The notes under the pieces: generated by a model
The model's database searches: none
What the model saw: only the letters and a program-made list of their open reading frames with translations
Told to the model about the DNA's origin: nothing
DNA from: an uncultured Verrucomicrobiae bacterium
GTDB lineage: Bacteria; Verrucomicrobiota; Verrucomicrobiia; Palsa-1439
Reading direction: 5' to 3'
Length of the DNA stretch: 64,000 bases
Assembly: GCA_963817685.1 (NCBI GenBank)
Contig: CAWFPN010000003.1
Location: 401,772 to 465,771 of the forward strand
Shown: positions 43,151 to 52,358 of the stretch, in pieces
How the letters are laid out: the number at the start of each line of letters is the position of its first letter
How positions within the stretch are numbered: the stretch's first letter is position 1
Program-made: the position numbers and the translations under genes

Positions 43151-44619
43151 CAGGGGGTGATGGCGAAACGGTAGAATTGCTGGCTGATGGTGCCGCTGAT
43201 GAAATTGGTGAAGGAGAGCGGGCCGCCGATGGCGTTGGAGACGGATGCGCCGGGGACGTTGGACCAGATCGTCGAGGCGGACAGCGCGTTGGCGGATTGC
43301 AGTTGATAGGTTTCGCCCGCGACGCTGGAGAAGCTGAAGACGACGTTGGTCCCGTTGGGGTTGTTGCCGCCGCCGGTCTCGGTGATGTTGGGTTCGTTCG
43401 GGTTCGTCGGGACGGGGAATTTGAATGTGTAGACCGTGCCTCCCGAGTTGGTGCCGCCGGCGGTGGCGGTGCCGTAGAGGTTGCCGTCGAAGCCCTCGAC
43501 CGGGGACCCGTTCGGATAAAGACCGTCGCCGATAAAGGCGTCAAAGTCATGCACATAGACCAGGCCGCCTCCCGGGCCGATCTTGAACAGGGTGCCCACG
43601 CCGTTGGTGCCGCCCTCGAAGGTGACCCCGTACAGATAGCCGTCGCTGTTCTGCATCAGCCCGGCCTCGGGGGTGAGACCGTCCTCGTTGAGGCCGCCAA
43701 ATTGATACAGGGTGGTCAGCGTGCCCGCGGAAGTGATTCTGAACACTGTTCCTTCGCTGTTGGTACCGCCCGCTGTGGTCGTGCCGAAGTAGTCGCCGAC
43801 ATAGCCTTGCACGATCCCTCCCATCGGGTGCTGGCCGTCACTGGGGGTGTAGCCAAATTGATGCAGACTGGTGAACGTGCCCGCCGAGGTGACCTTGTAG
43901 ACGGTGCCGCAGCCGCCGAACGAGCAGTTGGCGCTGCCGCCGCCGTAGTAGGCTGCCCCATAGAACTCGCCGTCGCTGCCTTGATAGACCCCGGCGTAAG
44001 GATCGGACCCGTCCAGGCCGTTGGTGAACGACCAAATGACCGTTAGATCGCCGGTCGTATCGATCTTGAACACGCAGCCGTACCCGTGCGCTCCGCCGGC
44101 GCTGGTGGTGCCGTAGAGGAAGCCGTCGGTGCCCAGGACCAACGGCGCAAACGGTGTGTTCCCGTCAGGGTTGCCGGTAAAGGTGTGGATATTTGTCAGC
44201 ACGCCCGACGGCGTCATTTTGAACACGGTGCCATAATGGTTGGTCCCGCCCGCGTAGGTGGTCCCGTAGAAGTTGCCGTTGCTGCCCTGGACGACCCCCG
44301 CTTCCGGGGTGTAGCCTTCGTTCGGCGCGCTGAATCCGAATTGATACAGGACGGTCTCCGTGCCGGCGGGAGTGATCCTGAACACGGTGCCGACGCCGTT
44401 GGTGCCGCCGAATTCGGTGGTCCCGTAGAAATTGCCGTCGCTGGCCTGGATGAGGTGCACGGTGTACGGCCTGTTGCCGTCGCTGCCGGGCGTGGGGCCG
44501 AATTGATGGATGGAGGTGAATGTCTGCGCGCCTGCCTCGCCAAGCAGTAATGGAATCACCACCGCAAGAATGCGTAATGTTTTCGCCCGTCGCCACCCGA
44601 GACAAATCCCTTTGCCCAT
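43150..44619 (-). CDS. Secreted protein made of choice-of-anchor GloVer-type tandem repeats (Gloeobacter/Verrucomicrobia repeat).
   Basis: About 9 repeats of ~45 aa with the consensus DG..P.AGL.Q.SDGNLYGTT..GG..G.GTVF+I. Signal peptide MGKGICLGWRRAKTLRILAVVIPLLLGEAGAQ (start uncertain; ORF-track start is 44739). C-terminal ~100-aa domain ending ...QQFYRFAITP. Confidence 0.65.
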   Translation of the reverse strand: MGKGICLGWRRAKTLRILAVVIPLLLGEAGAQTFTSIHQFGPTPGSDGNRPYTVHLIQASDGNFYGTTEFGGTNGVGTVFRITPAGTETVLYQFGFSAPNEGYTPEAGVVQGSNGNFYGTTYAGGTNHYGTVFKMTPSGVLTNIHTFTGNPDGNTPFAPLVLGTDGFLYGTTSAGGAHGYGCVFKIDTTGDLTVIWSFTNGLDGSDPYAGVYQGSDGEFYGAAYYGGGSANCSFGGCGTVYKVTSAGTFTSLHQFGYTPSDGQHPMGGIVQGYVGDYFGTTTAGGTNSEGTVFRITSAGTLTTLYQFGGLNEDGLTPEAGLMQNSDGYLYGVTFEGGTNGVGTLFKIGPGGGLVYVHDFDAFIGDGLYPNGSPVEGFDGNLYGTATAGGTNSGGTVYTFKFPVPTNPNEPNITETGGGNNPNGTNVVFSFSSVAGETYQLQSANALSASTIWSNVPGASVSNAIGGPLSFTNFISGTISQQFYRFAITP

Positions 44620-44764
44620 AGCCACCGCTCCTCCGCCAGACGTTGCCAAACTCGCTCTTGAACGCGGGAAGGCTAGCATTTTTGCCCCGGTAAGTCGAAC
44701 GTTTTTGGGGCCGTAGGAGCGCCCTTCCGGGCGCGACATTGATTAGAATCGCGCCCGGAAGGGC

Positions 44765-44890
44765 GCTCCTACGCAAATCGGGTTGTAGCGGCCGCCGTCC
44801 CGGCGGCGGGGCTGGCAGAAGCGTCCGGGCCTTCGCCCGCCGAAGCGGGCTACGGCCCGCGAAGGCGGGACGGACGCCACTACAACAAAT
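44765..44890. repeat. REP/MITE family A copy (inverted orientation), fused with a GCCTTCGCCCGCCGAAGCGGGC hairpin.
   Basis: ...GTTGTAGCGGCCGCCGTCCCGGCGGCGGGGCTGGCAGAAGCGTCCGGGCCTTCGCCCGCCGAAGCGGGCTACGGCCCGCGAAGGCGGGACGGACGCCACTACAACAAATTGACCCAC. Confidence 0.65.
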
Positions 44891-44918
44891 TGACCCACGA
44901 CCTGCCGGGGGGCCTGAT

Positions 44919-45683
44919 CTAATAATCCTCGCACCGGCCCATGTGCGATTGGAGCGCGGCCATGGTGGTCTTGAGGGTTTCTTCGGGGACGGCGCCGACG
45001 GACACAGGTATCAGCAGGCCGAGTTGGCGATAGAATTCCTCCAGGGGCAAAGTGGTCCGCTGGTAAATCTCCAGGCGCACACGCGCGGCTTCAGGGCGGT
45101 CGTCTTCGCGTTGGATGAGCGGACTGCCGCAGGCGTCGCAGATGCCTTCCTTCTTGGGCGGATGCGCGGTGAGATGGAACACCGCGTGGCAATGGCCGCA
45201 GATCCGCCGGCCGCTGGAACGCGCGACGACCTCGTCGAGGGGCAGTTGGTAACAGAGCACGCCGTCCAGGAAAACATGTTGCTGTTCCAGGATCGCCTGC
45301 AACGCTTTTGCCTGGTTGACGGTGCGGGGAAAACCGTCCAGCAGGAAACCGCCGCCGCAACGGATGCACTCGACGCGTTCGCGCACGATCGCCAGGATGA
45401 TGTCGTCGGAGACAAGTTCGCCGCGTTGCATGGCCTCCAGCGCCGCGGCCATGGCGGGTGTCCGCGCGCAATCCGTCTGTTTCTTCGCCGCGCGCAACAC
45501 GTCGCCGGTGGAAAGATGGCAGGCGCCGAGGCGTTGCTGGAGCAGGTTGGCCTGGGTCCCCTTGCCCACGCCCGGCGCACCGAGGAGCACCAGCCGCCAG
45601 GGACGCAACAATCGCGGGGGAGCGGGATCACAGGCAAACACCGGGCCTTGCAGCCAGGCCGCACGATCAGGTTTGGCAGTCAC
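44919..45683 (-). CDS. adk: Adenylate kinase with a zinc-binding LID domain.
   Basis: ...LVLLGAPGVGKGTQANLL...GFLLDGFPRTVNQAKAL... and a Cys4 LID (RRICGHCHAVFH...CDACG). The N-terminal start is uncertain; the extended N-terminus may be a non-ATG start. Confidence 0.8.
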   Translation of the reverse strand: MTAKPDRAAWLQGPVFACDPAPPRLLRPWRLVLLGAPGVGKGTQANLLQQRLGACHLSTGDVLRAAKKQTDCARTPAMAAALEAMQRGELVSDDIILAIVRERVECIRCGGGFLLDGFPRTVNQAKALQAILEQQHVFLDGVLCYQLPLDEVVARSSGRRICGHCHAVFHLTAHPPKKEGICDACGSPLIQREDDRPEAARVRLEIYQRTTLPLEEFYRQLGLLIPVSVGAVPEETLKTTMAALQSHMGRCEDY

Positions 45684-45776
45684 TCGAACCTCCCACGGGG
45701 CGACAACTTCCTTATAGCAGCTTTTCCGGCGGCTACAAGCCGATTCTGGGTGGTGCCCTAATTTTGGATCATTTTC

Positions 45777-45840
45777 TGTAGCCGCAGGCTTTAGCCTGCG
45801 CCGTCGGCCAATCCGCGCACCCTAAAGGGTGCGGCTACAT
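45777..45840. repeat. REP family C (composite palindrome).
   Basis: TGTAGCCGCAGGCTTTAGCCTGCGCCGTCGGCCAATCCGCGCACCCTAAAGGGTGCGGCTACA. A related inverted-arrangement copy lies at 50047-50112. Confidence 0.65.
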
Positions 45841-45897
45841 TGGCACCGGCGGGAAAACGCTCAAATTAGGCCACGAGCCGATTCTGGGACGCGGCCG

Positions 45898-46308
45898 TCA
45901 ATCGCGGGCCAGCAGTTCCTTGAGGCAGGCGCGGAGTTGTTCGATGTCGAAGGGTTTTTCGAGCAGGATGCTGCCGGAACGATGGACGAAATCGGTGAAC
46001 CCGCTGCGGCTCACGGCCTGGCCCGTGACGAACAGGAACCGGCCGGCCAGGTGCGGGTACTCCCTGGCCACTTCATTGTACAGCGCTTCGCCGTCGATGC
46101 GGGGCATCATCAAATCGCAGACCACCGCCTCGTAGTCCGTCTCGCGCAGTTTTTCGAGCGCTTCCATCCCGTTGGCGGCCAGGTCGGGCGTGAGGTTCTC
46201 GCGGATGAGGACTTCCGACAACAAATCGGCGAGTTGATAATCGTCTTCGACGATCAGAATGCGATGCACGATCTGCGCCGGGGACGTGTTTTGCGGCATG
46301 GCGGTCAC
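45898..46308 (-). CDS. Single-domain response regulator (CheY-like receiver).
   Basis: ...RILIVEDDYQLADLLSEVL...AVVCDLMMPRIDGEALY...LFVTG...KPFDIEQL. 136 aa. Confidence 0.75.
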   Translation of the reverse strand: MTAMPQNTSPAQIVHRILIVEDDYQLADLLSEVLIRENLTPDLAANGMEALEKLRETDYEAVVCDLMMPRIDGEALYNEVAREYPHLAGRFLFVTGQAVSRSGFTDFVHRSGSILLEKPFDIEQLRACLKELLARD

Positions 46309-46883
46309 TCGACCAGGACGCGCTCGATGCGTTCGAGCAGCGCGTGCAGCAGCAACGTGTGCGCTTCCTGGATGCGCCCGGTATCGGCGTGGCCGACGAT
46401 CAATTCCAGGTCAGCCCGGCCTTTGGCCTTGCCGCCGTCCTTGCCGAGCAACGCCACGGTGGTGACGCCGAGTTTCTTCGCGGCGTCCAGCGCGCGCAGG
46501 ATATTGGCGGAATTGCCGCTGGTGGTGAAACAGACCAGCAGATCGTTCTTGCCCGCCAGTCCTTCGATCTGCCGCGCGAAGAGTTCGTCGAACCCGAAAT
46601 CGTTGCCGATGCAGGTCAGCAAGGTCGGGTCGGCGTTGAGGCAAATGGCGGGAAGCGAACGGCGGTTGTTTTTGTAGCGGCCGACCAGTTCCTCGGCCAG
46701 ATGCAGCGCGTCGGCGGCGCTGCCGCCGTTGCCGCAGGTGAGCAGTTTACCGCCCGAGCGCAGCGAGTGCACGGCGGCTCCCGCGATCCGCTCAAAGACC
46801 GGTTCCTGCGCAAGCAGCGACTCGAATGCCTGGCAGGCATCGGCAACCATTTGGGGCAGGATGGGCCGCTTCATGTGCCCCAT
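46305..46883 (-). CDS. gmhA: Phosphoheptose isomerase (D-sedoheptulose-7-phosphate isomerase, SIS domain).
   Basis: ...GGKLLTCGNGGSAADALHLAEELVGRY...LPAICL...NDLLVCFTTSGNSANIL... is GmhA-typical. Confidence 0.8.
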   Translation of the reverse strand: MGHMKRPILPQMVADACQAFESLLAQEPVFERIAGAAVHSLRSGGKLLTCGNGGSAADALHLAEELVGRYKNNRRSLPAICLNADPTLLTCIGNDFGFDELFARQIEGLAGKNDLLVCFTTSGNSANILRALDAAKKLGVTTVALLGKDGGKAKGRADLELIVGHADTGRIQEAHTLLLHALLERIERVLVE

Positions 46884-46923
46884 CTATACCCAGTGTCGCG
46901 GCCCGGTTCAACGTCTTTGTTGC

Positions 46924-47172
46924 TCAGGACATCCGGCCGGCGACGACTTCGCACCGCGCGGTTTGCAGGGCGGTGTGAATCTGGCGGAGCAGCCCCTGCG
47001 TCGGCTGCCGGAAGATGATCTCCAGATTCCCGAAGGCCGGATCGGCCTCGACCCGCAAGACGCTCGGCAAATGCCGGATCTGTTCGGCCGCCAGTTCCAG
47101 ATATTCGCCCTCGGCGCTCCGGCGCACTGAAAGCTTCAATGTCCCCATCTCGGATTGTTGGTTTAGTTGCAT
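46924..47172 (-). CDS. Hypothetical small protein (82 aa).
   Basis: RBS AAGGAAAG upstream of MQLNQQSEMGTLKLSVRRSAEGEYLELAAEQIRHLPSVLRVEADPAFGNLEIIF... No homology recognised. Confidence 0.35.
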   Translation of the reverse strand: MQLNQQSEMGTLKLSVRRSAEGEYLELAAEQIRHLPSVLRVEADPAFGNLEIIFRQPTQGLLRQIHTALQTARCEVVAGRMS

Positions 47173-47325
47173 ATACTTTCCTTGATCCCTCGCTTGCGAA
47201 TACATTAAAACCTCTTCGCGTCGAACCTGTTACAGCCAGACTCCAAATGGGTAAATTCAAACGGCCGGTCGGCGCGCCGACAGTGGAACGGCGAACGGGA
47301 CCTGTGCTATAAGAGTCGGGAACCA

Positions 47326-50022
47326 ATGAATCGAGTGATTTTGATGAAAGAAATACGCAGGTCGATGTGGGGAAGGTTATGGGCCGCCGGTTTGTTGCTG
47401 GCGCTGTTCGGAACGGCGAACGCGGGGGCGGCGGACCCGGCGGGCGTCACGCGCGTGACGCTCGGGAACGGGTTGCGCGTGATCATCGTCCGCGCGCCGC
47501 TGGCGCCGGTGACCACCACGGTCGTCAATTATCTGGTCGGCTCCAACGAAGCTCCCGACGGGTTTCCCGGCATGGCGCACGCGACGGAACACATCATGTT
47601 TCGCGGCGCGCCGGGATTGTCGGCGGACCAGTTGGCGGCGATTTCGGCGGCGATGGGCGGGGACTTCGATGCCGACACGCAGCAGACGGTGACGCAATAT
47701 TATTTCAGCACGCCGGCGGAGGACCTGGCGCTGGCGTTGCGCATGGAATCACTGCGGATGCGCGATGTGTTGGCCACGGAGGATCTTTGGGGCCGCGAAC
47801 GCGGCGCGATCGAACAGGAAGTGGCCGCCGACCTGTCCAATCCCGAATACGTGTTTTACGTCAAGCTGCTGGAAGCCATGTTCCACGGCACGCCGTACGC
47901 GCACGACGCGCTCGGCACCCGGCCGTCATTCGACCTGACCACCGGCGCGATGCTGCGGAAGTTTCACGAGACCTGGTACGCGCCCAACAACGCCATCCTG
48001 ATCATCGTGGGCGACGTCCAGCCGGATGCCGCGCTGCGCGAGGTCAAACAGTTCTTTGGCGATATTCCCGCCAAGCAACTGCCGCCGCGGCCGGAGGTCA
48101 AGCCGCAGCCGGCCAAACCCGCCACGTTGACGATGACGAGCGATTTGCCCTACGGCGCCGCGCTGATCTGTTTCCAATTTCCCGGCTCGGACAGTCCCGA
48201 CTACGCCGCGGTCAATGTGCTGGCGGACATCCTGGCCAGCCATCGCGGCCGGCTCTACGGACTGGTGCCGGAAGGCCGGGCACTGGACGCGGATTTCTCG
48301 TTTGAAAGTTTGCCGAAGGCGGGCTTGGCCTACGCGGAAGCGGAATTTCCCCGGGACGGAGACGGCAAGGCGCTGGTCGAGGAGGTCAAGAAGGCCCTGG
48401 CCGCGGAAATGAAGCACGGGTTCTCGGCCGACCTCGTCGAATCCGCCAAGCGCCACGAAGTGGCCGATGCCGAATTCCAGAAAAATTCCGTGTCCGGCCT
48501 GGCGATGGCCTGGTCGGAGGCGGCGGCGGTGGAAGGCCGGCAATCGCCCGACGATGACTTGAACGCCATCGAACAAGTGACCGTGGCGGACGTGACACGG
48601 GTGGCCAAACAGTATCTCGATTTCGATCACGCCGTCGTGGGCATTCTCACGCCGCAGGATTCGGGCAAACCGGTCTCCCATAGTTCGTATGGCGGCCGGG
48701 AATCCTTCGGCTCGTCGGCGGCCCGGACGGTGTCGCTGCCGGACTGGGCGCAGAAGACGCTCGAAACGCTCGCCGTGCCCGAGTCCACCGTCAACCCCGT
48801 CGTCACCACGCTGCCCAATGGACTGCAGCTCATCGTCCAGCCGGAAGCGCTCAACGGTTCCGTCGGCGTGTACGGCCACATCCGCAACAAACCCGAACTG
48901 GAAGCGCCGGCGGGCCAGGAAGGCGTGAACAAGGTGCTCGACCAGCTCTTTCATTTCGGCACCAAGTCGCTGGACCGCGTCGCGTTCCAAAAGGCGCTCG
49001 ACGACATCGGCGCGGAGGAATCCGTGGGGCCGGATTTCTCGCTGCAGGTGTTGACGAATTATTTCGATCGCGGCGTGCAATTGCTCGCCGACAACCTGCT
49101 TCATCCCGCGTTGCCCGAGCGGGCGTTCAAGATCGTGCAGAAACAGGTGGCCGACACCGCCGCGGGTGAATTGCAAAGCCCGGAATTCCTCACCAAACAG
49201 GCGCTGCGCAAAGCGGTGTTTCCCCGGTACGACCCGATGTTGCGCCAGGTCACCCCGGCCACGGTCAATTCGCTGAAGCCGGAGGACGTGGCCGGCTATT
49301 ATCAGCGCGTGTTCCGGCCCGACCTGACCACCATCGTGGTCATCGGCAACGTCACCGCCGACCAGGCCGGGGCGGTGGTCGGGAAATGGTTTTCCGGCTG
49401 GCAGGCGGCGGGAGCAAAACCGGAAACGGACCTTCCGCCCGTGCCCTTCAGCACGTCGTCCGCGACCGTCGTGCCCAACGCCAGCCGCGTCCAGGACAAG
49501 GTCGTAGTGGCGGAAACACTCGGCGTGACCCGGTCCGACCCGGACTACTACGCGCTGGAATTGGGCAACCGCGTCCTGGGCGGCGCATTTTACGCGACCC
49601 GCTTGTACCGCGACCTGCGCAAGGAAGCGGGGCTGGTGTACTTCGTGGAATCGATGTTCAACATCGAAAAGACCCGCTCGGTCTATGAGGTCGAGTTCGG
49701 TTGCGATCCGCCCAACGTCTCGAAAGTCCGCACCGTCCTGGACCGCGACTTGAGGGACATGCAAACCACGCCGGTCGCGGCGGACGAGCTGCTGCAGGCC
49801 AAGGAATTGGCCCTGCGCGAGATCCCCTTGTCGGAATCCAGCACGGAACACATCGCCAAGGCGTTGCTCGACCGCGCCAGCCGCAACCTGCCGCTGGACG
49901 AACCGGTCCGCGCCGCGCGGATTTATCTGCAACTCACGGCCGGCCAGGTACAGGCCGCTTACGCCAAATGGCTGCGTCCCGAAGCCCTCGCGCAAGTCGT
50001 CCAGGGCCCCGATCCGCACTAA
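47326..50022 (+). CDS. Secreted tandem M16-family zinc peptidase (pitrilysin/insulinase-like).
   Basis: Signal peptide. Inverted zinc motif HATEH (GMAHATEHIMFRG). Two M16 plus M16_C halves. 898 aa. Confidence 0.8.
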   Translation: MNRVILMKEIRRSMWGRLWAAGLLLALFGTANAGAADPAGVTRVTLGNGLRVIIVRAPLAPVTTTVVNYLVGSNEAPDGFPGMAHATEHIMFRGAPGLSADQLAAISAAMGGDFDADTQQTVTQYYFSTPAEDLALALRMESLRMRDVLATEDLWGRERGAIEQEVAADLSNPEYVFYVKLLEAMFHGTPYAHDALGTRPSFDLTTGAMLRKFHETWYAPNNAILIIVGDVQPDAALREVKQFFGDIPAKQLPPRPEVKPQPAKPATLTMTSDLPYGAALICFQFPGSDSPDYAAVNVLADILASHRGRLYGLVPEGRALDADFSFESLPKAGLAYAEAEFPRDGDGKALVEEVKKALAAEMKHGFSADLVESAKRHEVADAEFQKNSVSGLAMAWSEAAAVEGRQSPDDDLNAIEQVTVADVTRVAKQYLDFDHAVVGILTPQDSGKPVSHSSYGGRESFGSSAARTVSLPDWAQKTLETLAVPESTVNPVVTTLPNGLQLIVQPEALNGSVGVYGHIRNKPELEAPAGQEGVNKVLDQLFHFGTKSLDRVAFQKALDDIGAEESVGPDFSLQVLTNYFDRGVQLLADNLLHPALPERAFKIVQKQVADTAAGELQSPEFLTKQALRKAVFPRYDPMLRQVTPATVNSLKPEDVAGYYQRVFRPDLTTIVVIGNVTADQAGAVVGKWFSGWQAAGAKPETDLPPVPFSTSSATVVPNASRVQDKVVVAETLGVTRSDPDYYALELGNRVLGGAFYATRLYRDLRKEAGLVYFVESMFNIEKTRSVYEVEFGCDPPNVSKVRTVLDRDLRDMQTTPVAADELLQAKELALREIPLSESSTEHIAKALLDRASRNLPLDEPVRAARIYLQLTAGQVQAAYAKWLRPEALAQVVQGPDPH

Positions 50023-50046
50023 GCGCGCCCGGCACAATTTGACATT

Positions 50047-50112
50047 ATTCTGTAGCCGCACCCTTTAGGGTGCGTTGATAGCGCACCAACGCAGGCTAAA
50101 GCCTGCGGCTAC
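50047..50112. repeat. REP family C copy (inverted arrangement).
   Basis: TGTAGCCGCACCCTTTAGGGTGCGTTGATAGCGCACCAACGCAGGCTAAAGCCTGCGGCTACA. Confidence 0.65.
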
Positions 50113-50155
50113 AGGGTTTCGTTAGCGCTCTAAGCCGCAGGCAACTCCGCACTCG

Positions 50156-50977
50156 CTAGCCGAGCAACCTGACCAGCCCCACAAAATCATCGTCGCCCCA
50201 CCCCCGGCGCAGGCCTTCTTCGTAGAGCTTCACCAACCCCTGCGTCTGTGGCAGCGGCACGGCCTGGCCCGTCTCCAGGGCCAGCCGCAGGTCTTTGGCC
50301 ATGTGTTTCAGCGAGAACTGCGGGGAAAACTCCCGCGCGCGCAGCTTCGGTTCCTTCAAATCGGCCACGCCGGAATGTGACGCGTTGATTTTCAGCGCCG
50401 CGAAAAAAATGTCGTCCGACAGCCCGGCGGCCCGCGCCAGCGTCCGGCTTTCGCAGAGCGCCTGCGCGACGAGGGCGATGTTCAGGTTCATGGCCAGTTT
50501 CAGCGCCGAGGCGCTTCCGATGGGGCCAACGTGCATGATCGTCCGGCCCAGCCGCGCCAGCACCGGACGCGCCCGTTCCAACAAGGCCGGGTCGCCGCCG
50601 ATGTAGAACACCGTTTGTCTCTGTTCCGCCGCCGGTTTGCTTCCCGTGAACGGCGCTTCGAGGAAAAGCGCGCCGGTCGCAGCGACCTGTTGGGCAAACG
50701 CGCGCGTTGCCTGCGGCGACACGGTGCTGGATTGCATCACGATCTGTCCCGGCTGCAGCACAGGCAGGATCATGTCCAGCACGCTCTGGACCGCCGGCGG
50801 ACCGGTCACGACAATAATGATCAGCTCCGCCCCCCGCGCCGCGTCCGTCGCCTGGGCGGTATAAAACGGCAGCGTCTTTGCCGTCCGGTTCCACCCCCGC
50901 ACCTCATCGCCGTCCGCGTGTAAATTCCGCGCCCAGGTCCCGCCGATAATGCCCAATCCAAACACCCCGATTTTCAT
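50156..50977 (-). CDS. NAD(P)-dependent oxidoreductase, 3-hydroxyisobutyrate/6-phosphogluconate dehydrogenase-like.
   Basis: MKIGVFGLGIIGGTWARNL (Rossmann GxGxxG)...SSTVSPQATR...ALKLAMNLNIA... The start is chosen at the internal M, 50977. Confidence 0.7.
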   Translation of the reverse strand: MKIGVFGLGIIGGTWARNLHADGDEVRGWNRTAKTLPFYTAQATDAARGAELIIIVVTGPPAVQSVLDMILPVLQPGQIVMQSSTVSPQATRAFAQQVAATGALFLEAPFTGSKPAAEQRQTVFYIGGDPALLERARPVLARLGRTIMHVGPIGSASALKLAMNLNIALVAQALCESRTLARAAGLSDDIFFAALKINASHSGVADLKEPKLRAREFSPQFSLKHMAKDLRLALETGQAVPLPQTQGLVKLYEEGLRRGWGDDDFVGLVRLLG

Positions 50978-51164
50978 AGCGATCCTCCCGAGTTTGGGAA
51001 CATACGTCCCCTCTGCTCTTGAGGCAAGACCGGGCGGAAGGTCAGCCAATGACAGGAGCCCCTACCCCCTCGCTCCTGCCATTTTCGTCTTGCCGGGACT
51101 GGGAGTTGCCGTCTGTCAAGCGGCTTGTCCCGGCAAGGCCGGGGCTGAATGAGAAACTATTTTC

Positions 51165-51494
51165 CTAACGCGATGAGACGGCGCAGGACCAATGCGGCCA
51201 GTCATCGCCTTTGTGGCGGTTGTTTTTCCAATGCAACGGCTGCAGGTTGTGCAGGTCATCCGAGCCGTCTTTCGAGGCCGGCCGGATGTGATCGATCTCC
51301 CAACCGTAGTCGGTGGCGGTCCCGTACGCGGACCGCAACATGGCGGCCCCGCAAATGTCTTTGCGGATGTAATCAGGATTATATCCCGGGATGACGCCCG
51401 CTTTGCTCCACACCGCGTCCACAATCAACTCGTCGAAGGGTTCGCCGGTGGACATCATGCCGGATTGTCTGTCTGCGACTTGGCCTTGTTGCAT
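51165..51494 (-). CDS. Small stand-alone HNH endonuclease (110 aa).
   Basis: ...YGWEIDHIRPASKDGSDDLHNLQPLHWKNNRHKGDDW... HNH motif (H..H..N..H). RBS GAAAGG upstream of MQQGQ. Confidence 0.6.
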   Translation of the reverse strand: MQQGQVADRQSGMMSTGEPFDELIVDAVWSKAGVIPGYNPDYIRKDICGAAMLRSAYGTATDYGWEIDHIRPASKDGSDDLHNLQPLHWKNNRHKGDDWPHWSCAVSSR

Positions 51495-51894
51495 AAGATC
51501 TCGCCTTTCTTTCCGCGCCCGAGTGCGCGAGGTTCTGCCAATCGCATCGGGTGTGCCAACGAATGCCCGGCGGCGGTCGGCGCCATCAAACAGGCAACCT
51601 CTCACATTCTCCACAGCCATACAGACCTTATAAAACAAGCTTTGCAAGGCGCTTATTGCGTTTGCCGTCCGCCGGAAGCGCTGCGCGCGGCCGGTTTACC
51701 GGGGCGGCAACGGCTGGCAAGAGGCTTGTCACGGCTGGCAAATCCTTTGCCACACACGCGCTGGCAGGCCCATGGATGGGGTCTGGGGGGAGAAAAACCG
51801 GCTTGGAAGGGCGGCGACTTTTCTTTTTTGTCTGCGAAAACCCTTTTGCATACGGCACAGGTTGAAGTATCCTCCCTCCATAAAGGAGCCAATC

Positions 51895-52188
51895 ATGTCC
51901 ATCTATCAAATCGAGGAAAATTCGGAGGTCTACTGGTTTCGAGCACCAGCCGCCGATACGTGTCAATTAGTGGAGTTTCTCCGGCCGCGCATCGAAAGCG
52001 GGTTTGACGTGCACGTCGGCGTGTTCGAGCGGGCCGCTGTGGGAGGCGCGACGGGCGGGGGCGCCCCGGAAGTCGAGGAGGATCTGTTTGAGTTTGAGAA
52101 GCCCGGCGATCCCGAGGACACACGGTTGTCCGCGGAAGTGCTGCAGCAGTTCATCGACGAATTTCGCAAGACAGTTGCCGGCAGTTAA
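51895..52188 (+). CDS. Hypothetical small acidic protein (97 aa), immediately upstream of the S8 peptidase gene.
   Basis: RBS AAAGGAG 5 nt upstream of the ATG. MSIYQIEENSEVYWFRAPAADTCQLVEFLRPRIESGFDVHVGVFE... The ORF-track N-terminal extension is rejected. Confidence 0.5.
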   Translation: MSIYQIEENSEVYWFRAPAADTCQLVEFLRPRIESGFDVHVGVFERAAVGGATGGGAPEVEEDLFEFEKPGDPEDTRLSAEVLQQFIDEFRKTVAGS

Positions 52189-52358
52189 GGCGCGCGGCGG
52201 CTGTCCCGCGGCAACCGGACCCGATAAGGGGGTTGACCGCGAACAGGCGCGGTGTATGTTTTGTTTCTGACAACGGTCATGGGAATTATCTGGATGGTCG
52301 GGTGTATGGCACCACACTCCTGCCGGTGTGAGAGGGGCGCGTGAGTCTCTTTCCCAGG

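Noticed and set aside
44739-45761. 340-aa plus-strand ORF
   Set aside because: Antisense to adk and runs through REP family A. Junk translation.
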